Part shown: positions 36,218-52,089 of the stretch, in pieces | Layout: each line of letters starts with the position of its first letter | Position numbering within the stretch: position 1 is the stretch's first letter | Source of the DNA: Catajapyx aquilonaris | Lineage: Eukaryota | DNA: 64,000 nt | Direction of reading: 5' to 3' | Assembly (NCBI GenBank): GCA_000934665.2 | Contig: KZ538410.1 | Span: forward strand, 1-64,000 | The notes under the pieces: model-generated | Databases searched by the model: none | What the model was told of the DNA's origin: nothing | The model's input: the letters and a program-made list of their open reading frames with translations, nothing else | Program-made: the position numbers and the translations under genes

Positions 36218-36962
36218 GATACCCCGTGATAGGCCCCTTGGGCCTCTTAGGGGATCATCTTTTGAATAACCGACTTTAATCATTTGCCTGTAATGTGATG
36301 GATTTTGATAGTGGGAGGAAATGGGAGAACCCCGAGAAAACCCACGCGAACACGGAGAGAACCCATCGAAACTCTATCCACATGAGTATCCTCCGTCCGA
36401 CCCGGGGATCGAACTCTGGACCTTAGAGGTGGAAGGCTGCGGCGCTAACCCCTCGGCCACCGTGTCGCCCTCCCTAGCCAATTAGAACATGATGCTAATT
36501 ATCATTACTAGAACATAAGTGCTAGACATGCAGTTAAGCATCTACATACCCCTATATGAAAATTCACACACATAACCATTGTCTTCTTCGAGGAAGCATG
36601 GTTAACATTCACCTTATTCAACCCTGCACATGAAAAATGTGGCGTAAAAATATATTGCCATAAATTATTATCAGTGGCAGCTCCCTGAAATATGAACATG
36701 CAAGCAAATTTCAGACCTGAAGTGTGGGTGTAGAACTCGCAGCTGCCTCCCAGTCAACTTCACCCTCCTCGTCCGAATCCACCTCCTCGCAGTTGTCATG
36801 GTGGAGAGGCGTGGACCCCTCTGGCAGAACTAACCCGCCATCTGCAAGAAGGTACTGCACCACCTCATCAGGCAAGGGAAGGACCTTGCTCTTGAAGGTA
36901 CATTTTCTGAAGTGAGGATACCACTTCCCAAAGGCACACTCCATTATGTCTTTGGTTTCCAT
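32863..36962 (-). CDS. CDC123: Cell division cycle protein 123 (eIF2 assembly factor), 7 exons: 36962-36717, 35729-35634, 35546-35433, 34660-34543, 34474-34352, 33264-32993, 32925-32863
   Basis: Motifs [11 protein letters not shown]...[53 protein letters not shown] and [21 protein letters not shown]. Phases are consistent. Confidence 0.93.
33456..33775 (-). mobile_element. tRNA-derived SINE, family B
   Basis: A box TGGCCGAGATGG, B box GGTTCGATCCC and TSD caaaaaggac (33444 / 33776). Confidence 0.82.
35114..35400. mobile_element. Foldback MITE (TA-flanked, Tc1/mariner type)
   Basis: tacagtgctggacatt... / ...aatatccaacattgta, with ~130-bp complementary arms (gtgacgtcacaggctgg / ccagcctgtgacgtcac). 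Confidence 0.78.
35755..36033. mobile_element. pogo/Tigger-type MITE
   Basis: TA-flanked cagtagaatcccgatta / taatcagggttctactg, with internal tatccgac repeats. Confidence 0.78.
36135..36472 (-). mobile_element. tRNA-derived SINE, family C, with microsatellite tail
   Basis: A box TGGCCGAGGGG, B box AGTTCGATCCC and a central GGGTTTTCTCGGGTTCTCCCATTTCCTCCCA resembling the V/Meta-SINE core. It has an (ATT)n tail and a 15-bp TSD cctagccaattagaa (36120 / 36473). Confidence 0.88.
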
Positions 36963-37148
36963 CTCCGCAGTAACACCTGGAAGGGATGGTGCATTACTAG
37001 ACTCAAGCAATTAGTTTGTAAGGTTGTCCAGAAACACTCTCTGTCTGGAAGCATGCACTGTGAGGAACTCAGGCCACCATTCCTGGCTAAAAGCATTATT
37101 CATATTTTTGCACTTGGAAATTATGTAATACAGTCCTCAACAAAGCTA

Positions 37149-37470
37149 AAGTGGGCTCTACACAGGCGGTCCAACTCCAACTCCGTGGAGGGTGGGGGGT
37201 AAGTTTGTTTACTTAAAAAAAGGTGGAGGTGAAGGTGATGTGTGGGGCAGAGAGTTCGACTAGAAGACCCCACTAGCCAACAGAGAGCCGGGATGAGTCG
37301 AACAGTCATTCACACAGTCAATCCGACGTTTGGCCCCGCCAACTCTCCCATCTCCGACCTGCCTACGTGACTTGAGCTGCCCTGCCTGGCTCCGACACGG
37401 AATGCCATTTACACAGAAGGTCCGATGGTTGAATCTGGTCAGAGTCAGACCTACTGTGTAGAGCCCACTT
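37149..37470. mobile_element. Harbinger-like MITE
   Basis: TIR aagtgggctctacacag / ctgtgtagagcccactt. Confidence 0.65.
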
Positions 37471-38780
37471 CAGGTCCTTTAAGAGTTTAAGTGACGGAAT
37501 GATATGACGTCGCACAAGCCATGTCTTCTGAGCATGCGCAGTAGTATGCTTGCAGAGCGGTTCGGAGATGTGAGAGGAGCTGGAAGAGCATGGTAGAGGC
37601 AGAGCTGGCCATAACATCAGCTCGATCCTTGGTTTAATGGACTTTGGTTGGACTCCGAAAGCGAGTAAAAAATTACTGATTCCAAACATGTCAACAGTTT
37701 CGGTATTTCATGATGCACATGGTTGAACAGGACTCACGAGGTTAGCAAAGTAGAATTTCTGCTGTAGCTGCATTCCATTCAACCGTTTCTGGCCTGGCAC
37801 TGTTTACAACAGTAGATGGCAAGTACCTGTCATTGCCTAACATGCCAAGGCTCAACACTAAGCAGCTCCTGTTGTCTTCCTCGTAAATGAACCCACTTTC
37901 TTCATTGCACACAATGGTGCAACACCATTGTAACAGTGAGCTCAACCATCCCAGTTCAGCTGTAAGCCCAACTTCCAATAATTTCCAGTCCCCTGCTGCT
38001 GCCTTTTAAGAACTTTCCCACACCCACTGCTGCAGCCACACCTCCGCCTCAAAATGTGATCCATGGAATTGAATAATTAACCAGCACTGCATGAACGCTA
38101 GGTCATCACCTTCCGGTCCAACTTCCAACGGTTCCGTGGCCCTCCTGGTCTCCACTGTCTCGCAGCAGCTTTCCCAACCAGCCCGGCAGAATAATGTTCC
38201 GGCTCTCAGAAGAACAAGACTGTCAGCTTTCCTCTCTCTCTCTCTCTCTCTCTCTCCCTCCCTACGTGGCGGCCATGTTGGATCAGATCAAGGTCGACTG
38301 CGTAACATAGCTGCTGCAACTTATAACTGGTAACGGCGATTGAATGTCGCGGCGATTTGTAGCGTTGAATAGCGTGATAGAGAAGAGCGTCAAATAAATT
38401 CGCAGCAACACTTTCACAAGTTTGTCATCATTCCGCATGGCTGAGACTGCAGAGGAGTGAAGCAAGTCATAAGTGGCTACCCTTGAAGCGACAACTCACC
38501 GCTCTTTTGTAAACACTGAACGCCCATGCAGTCACTCAGAGAAAGATCGGTCGCTGCCCGCTGGTCCCAGTTCCAGATCAAGACGGGGAGAAAGCCTACC
38601 GTAACTGGCATTGCAGGCTCTCAGAGGAGTGTGCTGAAGATGGCAGGTTACATAGCTATTCATTCAGAACAAATGCAATAAACTGTAAATTAAAGTCATG
38701 GCCATTTGGATAAAAAATGCAAATTGTAGTATAAAACATTAACATTTATGCACAACACCACAAGAAGAGTCTGCACAGAT

Positions 38781-41446
38781 TTACACTTTTGCTCGTTTTG
38801 TGGCAGGCTCTTCCTCATTTTCTGCATCATCTGCTGCATTTTGGAAAATTGGCTTGGGCTGCGTCCTGCAATAATATGCAAATAAGGATCATTATCACTT
38901 GCTAATAAATTAACACCAACTTACACACTAAACCCCAGTCATACAAACTAAGAGACCACTTCTGATTACATCTTGTGAATATTGTCCCTTAATTTTGTTC
39001 ACACAACCAAGCCTAAGCAATGATAATGACTGACAATAGTCTGTAAGTAACAAGCATGTAACACCAATCAGTTTACAAACTTAGATTGCAATGTAAATAA
39101 GCTACTCACGTTGCATATGCTGGTGAGACCCAGTATGGATTCTCTGCAGCCTCTTTGGCGTACTTCAAGATGGCCTCTCTTGGGTCTTGGTCATCCTCCA
39201 CCTTCTTGCTGAGCCCAAGGTTGCGTATCACATACGAAGAAAGGGTTCCTCCTGATGCTGCTACTCTTCCACCTTTGCCTGCAGTAATAGGAAGGTCTGG
39301 TCGTCTGCTCTTCACTGGGTCCTGCCTGTCCTTCTCCAGCTGCTTGCGGGTGGACTTGGGTCTCTCTTGGCGAAACATGGGCAATGCATGCGGAGTGATG
39401 ATATGCTGGGCAGCCATCATCTCCACTTGCTTCACCTTCTTACGAGTCTTCTGCACCACCAGCTTGGCACCACGATGGCTCCGCTCAGGCGAAAAGAGGA
39501 CCTTTACTGCACCGTTGCCACACCCAGTTATGACCTGGTTCAGCTTTGGATGCCACAGGCACCGAACCACATGCTGGAAAAGTCATACTGTTTAAGTCTC
39601 GTGATCAAAAAATTACAATGAAATGTGACGGTACTAGTTGTCTTTTCAGACCCATAACAACTTTAGCTCTGATCCATCACTAGAGCACCTCATGAGCACG
39701 AAGGAAAAAGATTGCCATAATTATAACATACCGAATCCACAATATCAACTTCAGATACAGTCTGGAAGGTAGCCCTGTCGAAGAACAGCAGCTTTCCTAG
39801 CTTCTCACCCTTGCGGAGTGAGATTCCAGTCAGCACCATCTTGTCATCTGGACTAAATGCGCAGTCAGTCCTGTCAACATAAAAAGAAATTCCTCGGTCA
39901 ATTAATTCAGCATGCGGTAGTAAAAATTATTCTGTCAATATGAGTGTCACACTCAGGACATAAAAATTGAGGCAAACTTACGTGGGAAATCTGCAAAACA
40001 GGTCAGAAGCCACATGCACAGGTGTCTTGGCCCTTCTCACATCCCATAACTTGAGGGTGTCGTCACCTCCTCTGGTAGCAAACTGCATGTTATCATACGC
40101 AAATGCCAGGCATGAAGTCTCACACCCAACTTCATGCGCTCCCCTTATGAGTATGCAAGTGTTGACAAACATCTTTCGATGGTCCCACATCTGCACCGAC
40201 CCATCCTCACATGCGCAAGCAACCAGGTTTCCATCACGACTGTACGAACAAGCTGTAGGAGAAGCCTTTAAACCAGCTGCTGATCTGGGCTTCATGATGG
40301 CACGGTGCTTCTTTGGGTCCCGCATGCGCCAGATGCGAGCAGTTCCATCACCAGCACAAGTCATGAATTCTTCTCTGTCACGTGGATGCCAACAACCATC
40401 ATTTAGTGTGGCAACATGTCCCTTTGTTTGAGCCATATCTGTCAAATACTGGTCACCCTTAACACACTCAAGCACTTCAAACCCATCTCGATCTAGTACT
40501 TTGGCCTGTGCATTTCCAGAGATGACCAGAATGGTGTCGCCAGTTGTTGAGTACTGCAGGTGCTTTATGACATGTGATTCACATGGACGGAGTGTGCGGA
40601 AACACTGCAATGCCGAGTCCATACCAGCAAAATCCCAAAAGGACACGTCATAGTCGACACCACCAGTTGCAAGACGGGCACCTGAGGGATCTGCTGCAAT
40701 TGCAGAGACAGTGCGCGTGCCATGCTGTAGTGTGATATCTCCGCCAGACGGTATGGTGGACGTCAGTGGCTCATCCACTTCATCGTCACTGTCATTCTCT
40801 TCCTCGTCATCATCCGGTTTCTTTGTCGTCTCAGATCTTGCCTCAGATGGAAGGGGTGGGCCTATAAACTCATCATCTTCCTTCTGACCCGCCTCCTCAG
40901 CCGGCACCTTTGGTGCTTTAACCGGTTCTGGCTCATCATCCGAGTCATCCGAATCGCCTTTATTCGACTTGCTCAGTTTCTCCCGACTACGTTCAGCTGC
41001 AGTCTTGCGCGCCTGCTCAAACACACTGTCCACATCAAACTGCCGAGCTTTCTTCCCAAACCCGGAGAAACCCATCAACTGGTTCATTTCAGAAGTCTCC
41101 GCATCATCCAGATCGGGCTCCACCTCCTGGATCTTCTCGGGCTTGCCTGAAAACCAAGAACACCATGATGCAAATGGAGTATTTTAGAAGTTACAACGCT
41201 ACGTCAGGGGCTACGTGGTGATTAGATATGTGGGAAGTTGGACACACAATTTTTGATATACCAGAGGCTAGCTGCCGTGTATTAAAGGCGCCTACCTTTC
41301 CGTCCGAATGTTCCAAACCCCCCTGAGCCCGAGGGCGGCCCCGCCCCTCCTCCGCCCCCGCCGCCGCCCTTCTTCTGGATGCTGAGCTGCCCCAGGTTGA
41401 TCCCGATCTTCCCGAAGGCGATCCCCTGCCGGCCTCCCTTGCTCAT
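38781..41446 (-). CDS. WDR70: WD repeat protein 70 (GAD-1 homologue), 5 exons: 41446-41296, 41146-39982, 39870-39732, 39573-39110, 38865-38781
   Basis: Motifs MGFSGFGKKARQFD, HGTRTVSAIAADPSGARLATGG, ECVKGDQYLTDMAQTKGH, WHPKLNQ, IITPHALPMFR and DPREAILKYAKEAAENPYWVSPAY. Confidence 0.95.
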
Positions 41447-41694
41447 CGCCCCTCCTTCCCACTCGGAGAAGAACCGTCCGCCCGACATATTCTCACTCTG
41501 ATCCGCATCAATGGCGGACGCCTACGAAGGCGACATCTACGCCCATCCTTCCTTCCATCACCAAGAAGAGGGAGAAGCAGCGGAGGGGACTGCCGGAGAC
41601 ACACCCGCACCCCCATGCCCATCCTCTGACCATTGCATTCACAGGGAGACGGACTTTCTTTTCTAGAGGGACGATAATGGGGTTCTAGGGCGCA

Positions 41695-42887
<1,193 letters not shown>

Positions 42888-43896
42888 TGCAGCTCGGAAT
42901 GCGGATTGCATTGTTGACAATACCCTTTTCCTCCAGAATTCCTGCGCAAATTTTTTCGACTTTTGTAATTTACCCACAAACGACAATTTGTAACGACGTT
43001 AAACCAAATGTATTAAATCCCCCCCCGCCACCTTTGGGTTTGGTTCCAGAAAAACCCATCGGACCTGCAGGGAGACATTTAAAAACAACCTGCAAGGTGA
43101 GTCATTTACTCCGCTTTCAGGATCAGGTGAAGGGCTGTGCAGGGTACAGTGCCAGACATTGGTCCAGTACTGACAGCGACACGAGCCGCAGAAGCGAACA
43201 TCACCCAAGGCGGTTCGATGTGCTCGTTTGCCGCTGAGGCTCATGTCACTGTCAGTACTCGACCATTAATATCCAGCCCTGTACCTGAAAAGTTTTCCAG
43301 GTCAGGTTTCTGCAGCACAAATTCAAATATGTCCAGCATTGTTGGAGGTATGACATTGTTGCTGCGACCGACGGTGGCTGCGATTGTTCTGTTTTTTTAA
43401 AGGTGATAGACATGTTATCAGTACGTATATACCACGGTCTATACTTTAAAAATTGAGAGCGTACTGTCATGCAGAAAGAGAACAGTAGGCTTTCCCAGTA
43501 TTACTTGGGTGCTACACACATTTCTCGCAGAGGTCTTGCTTTGCAGAAAATTCATCACTGCACTTTTCGGCACCCTGTTCAATGGAATGTAGGCAATATG
43601 AAGAGGCTTGAAGGTTTCAAAAAATTACAACTCTCTCACTGGCAGTAATATACTGTAATAGGTATGGGGTTGGTCACAAGTACTTCTACAACAACATGCA
43701 CTTAAAGTGCAACAAACACAAAGTAACGTGAGGGAGGGGGGAAAAAAAACTAGTCACGCCATAATGGCTAGGCTGTGACTAAACTTTTGGAAGATTTGTT
43801 TTGTTTTGTGGGAAGGGTTAAAAATAATGGTCGTGCTATTTTGCAAGGAGTACTGGGGAGGTGGAGAGGGGGGTGTGTCTCCCCCCCATCAAAAGT

Positions 43897-46800
43897 TCAG
43901 GTGCTGATGTTGATGGCAGCCAGCACCTGCTTCTCCTGCTGGTTTAGGTGCTGGGCAAATGCGGGAATGTATGGCTGCTGGCTGAACGTCTGCAGAAACT
44001 CGGTGAGGTACTGCTGCATGTTGATATGGTAAAGGGGATCTTCCAGGGCGTCAGGGTCATCATCATCATCACCGTCCAAGTCATCAAAACCTGCAGCCCC
44101 AAATTCAATTTTACACATTCAAAATTGTTGCTCAAACAATGGGCGCAAAGGTACGAAATCGCATTTTACTGTCATAATGCAAATTTCCTCCTGTGCATAC
44201 CTCCCTAGCAATCACTCTCTCACAGCTACGTGACCTAATTACATTCCGGACAAACATTTCGACACCCCTGGAGCAGTGTTGCTCAATCTGCGATATCTTG
44301 TATATACCAATATGTACCCGTAAGCAAAATATCATCCTTCAGCGAAACCCCAGTCAAGGAATGAAATTTTTGATCAGTTCATGGCCCTCTTATACTGGTC
44401 TAGTGCAAATGGGGCTCTCTGGCATGCCTATTGCATGTAAACTATGCTCTCACAGAGTCTACCCCTGTAGCGTAAGCACGTCTGTTATTGATACACAGCA
44501 ATGTGCTGGTCACAACACTCACCAAGATAGTCATAATCATTCCCTGAAGCATTCCCCTCATTGGCTTCGTCCTCCCAGTCTTCGTCATTTGCATCTCCTG
44601 CTCCACCCCTCTCCACATCCCTGACGCCTCCCCTCCCCCCATTTCCTGCCCTGTCCTCTTCTTCCTCGACCTCTTCCTCCTCGGTGGTGGAGCGGGTGAT
44701 GTTGGCCTCCATGGCATTGGATAGCTCGTTGATCAGAAGCTTGTAGATTTTGACAAGCAAGGGAACTGTTGTCCAGCTCTCCACCTGGCCTTTGGTTTTG
44801 GAGCGTGTCTGTACACTGTGATTCGCATCAGGCGTCAGAATCTGGTCACCTTTCACATCCATGTCCTTCAAGCGGGAGTCATTGGAGTTCACACCATGTT
44901 GCAAAAGCTTGCCTAGGGCCACTGTGCTGAATAATCAAGGAAGAAAGGCAAGCTGTCAGGGAATTGTTTCTGGTTACGTTGCGAGAACTATCGTGAAGCT
45001 GCACTAACCTGACTTTCCTGTCATATACTCCATAAAATAGGTGCTGCTTGGCACACCATTCAGTGAGCACAAAATGGAGTGCACTGAGCCCTGTGGGTCC
45101 CGGAACAGTGGAGAGAAAGTTCAGAACAGCGTCCATCTGGGTGTGGACCAGGTGGGCATAGACCATCACCAGGCTCTGGATCACAGAGAGTGTTTCCGCC
45201 CCTTGCATCTTGCTGAGGACTGCCCTCAGGAGGAGATCCAGGTGATCACCCAGTCGGTCCCCTGCTCTCCTGATCAGGGCGGTCACCAACCGGCCTACAA
45301 AGGCGGCTGTGAACTCTGATGCCATAGGGTTTAGAAGGTGGGCTGTGGCCTGAATGGCGTACCATAGCCCATTGCGGCCCTGGGTGTCTGCATAGCTGCA
45401 CACATGCTCTGGGACGCATGATATGAAGGATCGCAGGCACTCGCCACCATTCTGAGAAAAAATGTCAAACGTAAATGCTAGGGCTCTGCTAACACCCTGC
45501 TTCTTCTAGTGAGGATTAGTGTTATTATTATTAATCCGAGGTTATTAGCTGTTGACAATGGTACTGCTACCTAGCAGAAAGTACTCTTCATCTGCAAGTG
45601 AATGCCTCCTCAAAGGAAGGCCCTAATTTAAAAATCTGGCAAATTCTTGCACCATTGACATACCTGCATGGTGGAGTTGTCATCAGATCTTAATACGCAC
45701 TGAGCAACTGCGGGAAACATATTTCCAGTCACAGCCATGCTGAGTGGAGGGTTGGATGAGCGGACCACAGTGGTCAGCATGTCTAGAGCCACAGCCTGCA
45801 AGCCTGAAATATTCAAATTCAGGAACAGCTCTAATATGTGATTGAATGAAGCTCACCAGGTGGGATTTTGTCATTTGAGTCATTGAGGATGCTGGCTATA
45901 CATGGCATCAACTTCTGGTCTAATGACGCAGTGCAGGCCTCGTTTTGAGCCACCTCCTTAAATATGTCTTGAGCAAGCGAGGTCAACACGGGGTCTGAAA
46001 GGATATTAACCTTATGAAACAGTTCGTAGTACCACAATAAGAAGGTAGTCAGTGTAAACAAATCCTGACGAAAATTATTTCTCTTCGAGGATATGTAGCA
46101 GAGGTAATATTATTAACTGTCTGCCTCACTGTGTCATGGTTACAAAGCATAAGTGTCAAAACTATCATCTGTCAAGTGTGCGTCTATATCCAGACAGGGA
46201 TGGACTGACTTTACTACACAACGAAATCATGCTCATGACCACATAAAATAAGTCACTTACCACTATTGTATTTTAGGAAGACAGCTATGGCTAGAGATGT
46301 GACTTTGGATTCATAGGTAGCAGTGAATGCCTTGTCCATCTTCAAGAAAAAATATGAAAATTGTGATTCCCAATCTCAATATTCCACTCTGCTGAAACTT
46401 ACTGAGAGAACTATAACAACGGTCTCCACTACAAGGCACAAGACCTCGGTGGAATACTGGAAGGCCAGGGTGAGCAAAATCTCAATCACAGATGGCAAGA
46501 GCGGAACCATTATTGCTGTCCCATTAGCAGCCTTCAAGTGATCACAGAAACCCCAAACCGCTCTAGAAAAACAAAGAAAATTGATTTACAAATGTGCCAT
46601 TACACAACAGGACACATGAGTATTACAATGCAGTTTTTAATCAATCTATGTGACTTTCTTCTAACTTTTGATATCCAACAGAGTGTCCACAAATGCTCAC
46701 CTGACAGCCTGAACCCGGACACACGGTGACTGAACTGCCTGCAGCCCACTCACTGTGGCTTGGAGAAAGTGCTGGAGCATCTGCTGGTTCATCACATGTG

Positions 46801-49800
46801 GAAAACGACTTGCCAGCCACAGGCAACGTCCCAGCAGGAATGGAGAAACTGTACAAAAAATATTTCAAGCATTACACATTACCTTCAAGATCATAAATGC
46901 ACAGGCAGTACAAGGAGACACCCCTGCATACCAGTAAGATTGAGATCCTGCATGGCAATATTCTGCAGAAAACCAAGCAGGTCAAACTGCACCTTCCCCT
47001 CTTTTAGCTGCTCTATGACTAGATCCCTGGCAGATCCCAGTGCAAACATGCAAGCTTCATGGATCTTCCACCACTCGCAGTTTGCCGACATGGTTCGGGC
47101 AGCCTCTGCCTCCTGCATGTGGCGAGTCACTGTTTGGCACAGGGCAGTGCAGCTATCCTCACCATACTCTTGGCACAATATCTACGAGTAAAAAAGAAAA
47201 GAAAAAATTAAGTACTTGTTAAGGGCAAGTTGTACCACTCATGGTATACAAAAATGGCACATTACTTGTTATCTATTGTTGGCAACAACAAATCTAGGCA
47301 TGCAAATGCGCCATATTTTATATACTGTACCATGAGTGGTGCAATCAGACCTGATTAGCTGAGCCATTTCCTCCTCCTACGATTCTCTTACCAAAAGGAG
47401 ATCTTGAGCAGCAATCCTCACTGTGTACGAGATGGACTCATCATCTTCGTCCCCAACAAATTGATCCGGACTAAGTGTCCACACCTTGATCTGCTCTTCA
47501 GTAACTTGCATGTACAGGATCAGGTAGTACATGAGATCACCCATCCCCTGTTTCACAGTCTTACTAAACTTTGGTGTCTCCACAAGAGTGTCCACAAAGT
47601 CAAATATGCTGAATACCAGACTCTCAAATCCAAGAACCTCACCTATTAAGCGTAAAAGAGATTAAGGAAAATGTGCCATAATTCACTGCATTATGTGGAA
47701 TCTTACTACAGATGCAACCTAAAATAGTGCTTAACAATACCTACCATCTGAGTCAACAGCCTGGTCTACTTCCTCCACGTTGTTCACTACAGTCTTGACG
47801 TAAATCTGAGCACTCTGAGTCAGTGTCTGCCACACAGATGGAAGGATCTGGGGAAGCCACTGAGACATCTGCCTTGGCACATTCTTAATCAACACAGTCA
47901 GGGCTGAAAAAACATCACATATTAGCCACACACCTATGGCAATTTCATCGAGTCACTAAAAGTAACTTGAAATCATCCTGGGGGGCATGGTCTAGTGGCT
48001 ATGCTGTTGGCCAGCCAACTGGGAGGTCCGGGGTTCAAATCACATCCCCATCACCTTCGCTTTGTCGGGTCTTTTTCCGCTTTTCACCCGACATGTCTGG
48101 GCAGACTTGCACTCCCTTCTCTTCCCAGGGCCAAGAGAAAAGGTCTGGTACTTAAGAGGGTCAGAAATGACTACTTGAGCTCCCTCTCTTGGGAACCACC
48201 CCTTCCCCCCCTACGAGGGTCCCTGGCCCTATCACGGGGTATTAAAAATAAACAAACAAAACAAACAAACTTGAAATAATCCTGTTCATCTCAACAAACT
48301 TAAAATACAAATGCAGCAGAGAATTTAACAAGATTCTGCGCCACTATGTAGCACCAAATACCTTACTTCACCTACTTCATCACTGGCTACCCAATCACAA
48401 ACAATGATACAAACTAAATGCACTGAACTCACCCTTGATGATTTCCAGTTTCAATCCTGAATCACTGGTCATCCCGTTAGGCACTTGCAGCCCCTGAACC
48501 AAAGCTTCTGTGAAGGAAGGAAGTATGGGCCCCAGCAAGGTTCTGGTGATGCCCTTGTTCAACTGGTTCATGGCACAGATCATGTTGCTCACTGTGCAAA
48601 AGATCTCCACCGCTCTTCCTCTAGTACGGATTGAGTATTTCTGCATGCATGAAAGAACAACGGTTAGTTTACGCAAAATAATTACAATCAATATTTACAA
48701 CTCCCTTATCCACCAGATGCCCCTAACCATTATTAAAACACTGCCAGCAGCAAAAATTGAAGTTCAAAAAGTCATATTATATGACTTGCCAATATCGTTC
48801 CAAATCAATAGGAAGCTCATCCTATTCTATATTGATTCATTTAGATCGAAACTGCATACTGTGTTCAACAAGTTCTTAGACCCAAATTATTAAAAACTTT
48901 TACTATAAAGTAACCAAAATGTGGCTGAGAATAAAAAACTAGCATGAGGAATGTAGTTTGCATTAGTCCCCAATTGATTACATGAACCAAGTGCACGCAA
49001 TGTTAATTATCCATCCACACTGCACATCGTGGACTTCATGGCATTATGGCATCTGTCCAGCAGCAATCAATCAAGCAACTCCATCCTCACGCATTCGTCA
49101 GTTCACAATCTTCTTAATTGATTATGCAATAAAATTATCATCATAATATTTTACAGTGATAAGGGGGGCCTTTGAGGTAAGTTTATTTTCTAATCAACAC
49201 CTGAGAAAATTCCTGGAATAATCTTGGAATGCCATCCCACTCCCCTGCCCTAATAAATTATAGAAAAATTAATACCGTCAAATCACGATAACTGGAACCA
49301 CCGTGGGACCGAGAAAAAAATTTGTCTTGGCGAAAATTCCATTTATAGGATATGGTTGGGAAAACAACTTCCGCATACATTAAACACCTGCAGTATGCCG
49401 TGTGTCACTGTATCTGTATAGTGTACTGTATTGTTTATTGCTTTTATAGTGCTGAAACCCGTTTTTTGGGGTTACAACAGCACTGTGCAGTACGGTACAG
49501 TAGTTTACATGTCACCACCACAGAGGAATGCATGAGTCACTACCTACAGGAAAGGGAGCTTAAAACACGTGGATTTCAGAGGGATTTGTGCATTCCTTCG
49601 CAGCTTATTGAGAATTAACCAACTGGGGTGGAAATCTCCAATAATTAATCTTACAACATGTTCGCCCAACTTTGAAATTCCCCGGTGTTGACAAAATTCG
49701 ACTTATTAATAGTGAAAGTGCCGCGGAGTTCACAAGATATATTTGACATATCGAGAAAATCGAGTTATACCAATTCAAGTTATCGGAATTCAATGTGCAT

Positions 49801-51619
49801 TACAGAATCCGCCACATCCTAGATTTTCTTCGACTTATCGAGAATTTTGAGTTAGCGGTATTCGAGTTATCGGGACTTGACTGTATAAAAGTATTATCCT
49901 AAACACAGCCATCCAACCAAAATTTGACATCCACCTTTGGAGGCAATCCATAACATTACACAAGATTGTTAATATTCCACAAACTACCCTTAAAAATTTT
50001 AGTGTCCTCTCACCTCCTGTTCCAGAAATATTCTATACATTTCTGGCATCATGACAGGTGCGACTTGTGGAATCTGCTGGTCAGAGAGATCCCTGGAAAA
50101 CTCGGTCATGGCACGCATGGCCCCATGAACGGCATGGTCATTCCCACTGGTGAGGCATCGCATCAGCAGGTTAAATAGCTCGGGCCACTCTTCAGGCCAG
50201 TCCCAGTGGGCAATGGCAGAGATGGCGTAGGCCACAGAGGAGCGGACCTTGCTGATTGGCTCCTTCAGACCCACTGGAAGCATGACCCTAATAGCAGCCT
50301 TGGCCTGCTCAGTTGCCTCAGGAGGATTGAATTTGTCAGAGTGCTGCGACCAATGGGCCTCCACATACTGCTTCAGAAGGACTGACGCCAGCTGGCGGAT
50401 CGGAAGGACCCCATTTGGGTCGAGGGTCAGCTCTGCTAGGTGGACCCCAAATTCTGGAAGAAAATGGCAAATCAGTACAAGACTGGAATAATAAAATATC
50501 ACAAAACGCACACATTCTATGTCAGGCAAGCACAACATCCATAACACCCAAACATGCGACAAAATGTGCTAATAATATTCAGTTAATTCCACAAGATATT
50601 TAAAAACTATTTAAAAACTTTTTAAAAACTTTTTAAAACCTCTGCATGGCCTGGCCAGTCACCAGAGGATTAATTTCATTGGTCAAGTGAGATGGCCAGA
50701 TGTACGAGGGGTGTTCATAAAGTTCATAACTTTGGGTTGAAGGAAGAGAAACAGTTCAAATTGCACACATATAGTAGTCCTTCTCTCCATTCGAATCCTC
50801 CAGGGCCACACATTTTCCCAGTGATGTTCGACCTGTCGGACACCATCATTGAAGAAGTCAATACTTTATGCTTGGAAAAAGTTTTCAACCTCTGTTTCCC
50901 ATGGTGGGGGGTGCTTGTGTTTCTCCCATGACCCCAAAGACCTGCCCGTCTTGGGAGACCCTGTCAGTAGACGAACCTACCACTGGCATAGCTCTTCGAC
51001 GTCATGTACAACAGATATTGAAAACTGCTTTCAACCACAACTGTCGACTTCTACAATGACGGTGTCCAACAGGTTGTGCATCGTCGTGCATTGCAGGGAA
51101 AAGTATGGGGCTTTGCAGGGTTCATAATTATATAGAGAAGGACGTATGCAATTTGAACCGTTTCTCTCTTTTCCTTCAACCCACAGTTAGGAACTTTATA
51201 AACCCCCCTTCCCTCCCCCCCCCCTCCCCAAATGTGCCGGGTCATCACTGGGGATTGATGCCATGATAAAGTGAATTAATTAATGTTCATGTTTGACTGG
51301 GTGATTGTTTCCAAGTTCCAAGAAACACTGACATCCCAACTCTTTCATACCAGCCACCTGAAACAAAGTGTACGTAGCCACAGATATCACCCATTGCTCC
51401 GCGGGTACGACCCATGCATACCTTCCCATCATTCAAGTCCCCGCAGACTGTCAACCCATCTTTCTTCCATCTACTCGACTCACCTTCCGTGACCTCAAGT
51501 GCCTTCAGCTTCTCCTCCGAGGCCGTCCTGAGGGCCTGCTCCGGAGAGAGGATGCATGTGAGGGTCTGGAAGAGCTCCTCCTTCAGGCAGTAGCTCAGGT
51601 CGCTCCCACTCCTGGTCAT
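43897..51619 (-). CDS. IPO9: Importin-9, about 14 exons
   Basis: Motifs [100 protein letters not shown] and [12 protein letters not shown]. Confidence 0.95.
47981..48267 (+). mobile_element. tRNA-derived SINE, family A, in an IPO9 intron
   Basis: A box TGGTCTAGTGG, B box GGTTCAAATC, (AAAC)n tail and a 17-bp TSD aacttgaaat(c/a)atcctg. Confidence 0.85.
49275..49883. mobile_element. pogo/Tigger-type MITE
   Basis: TA-flanked ccgtcaaatcacgataact / agttatcgggacttgactg, with repeated gagttat/gacttat motifs and a subterminal GGGACC. Confidence 0.72.
50703..51208 (-). mobile_element. Internally deleted mariner element
   Basis: TACGAGGGG-type ~65-bp TIRs. The minus-strand remnant [20 protein letters not shown] resembles the mariner transposase C-terminus. 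Confidence 0.72.
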
Positions 51620-52089
51620 GTTTTCTGCAAGTGAAAAAAGGAGGCAACATGAGTGTCTCCAAAAAGGCGTGCATTGTGGCAACCTCACCTCTTATTATGT
51701 CACAACCGCAGGAATCCCCAGTTTACAGTGCGGCGCCTCTATTTTTATTGCGCGTCGTGGCGGTGCTGGCCCTGGCTGGGACGACGACTTCTCCCCCCCT
51801 CCTCCTTCTAGAGGCGGTCGGGCATCCTCCCCGATCCGGTCTCTCAGCTTCTGGCGTGACAACCGGAACGTTCCATTTCTACTCACCCGACACACGACCA
51901 CCACACCGACGGACCCTGCTGCAACTACTGGCCCGAGAGAGAGAGAGGGGGGGAAAGGAACCCCCCAAAAAAAGAACGACGAGACGAAAAGAGGCTGCAC
52001 GACCACCACCGAAGCTCGCACTTCCAGCGACGCCCGCAGGAGACATCGCGGCGCTTTTACCCGAGATTTTACCATTCAACTGCAATAGC

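Noticed and set aside
37742..38216. Small gene between WDR70 and CDC123
   Set aside because: Short non-ATG ORFs without recognisable motifs. More likely the CDC123 5' UTR or first exon.
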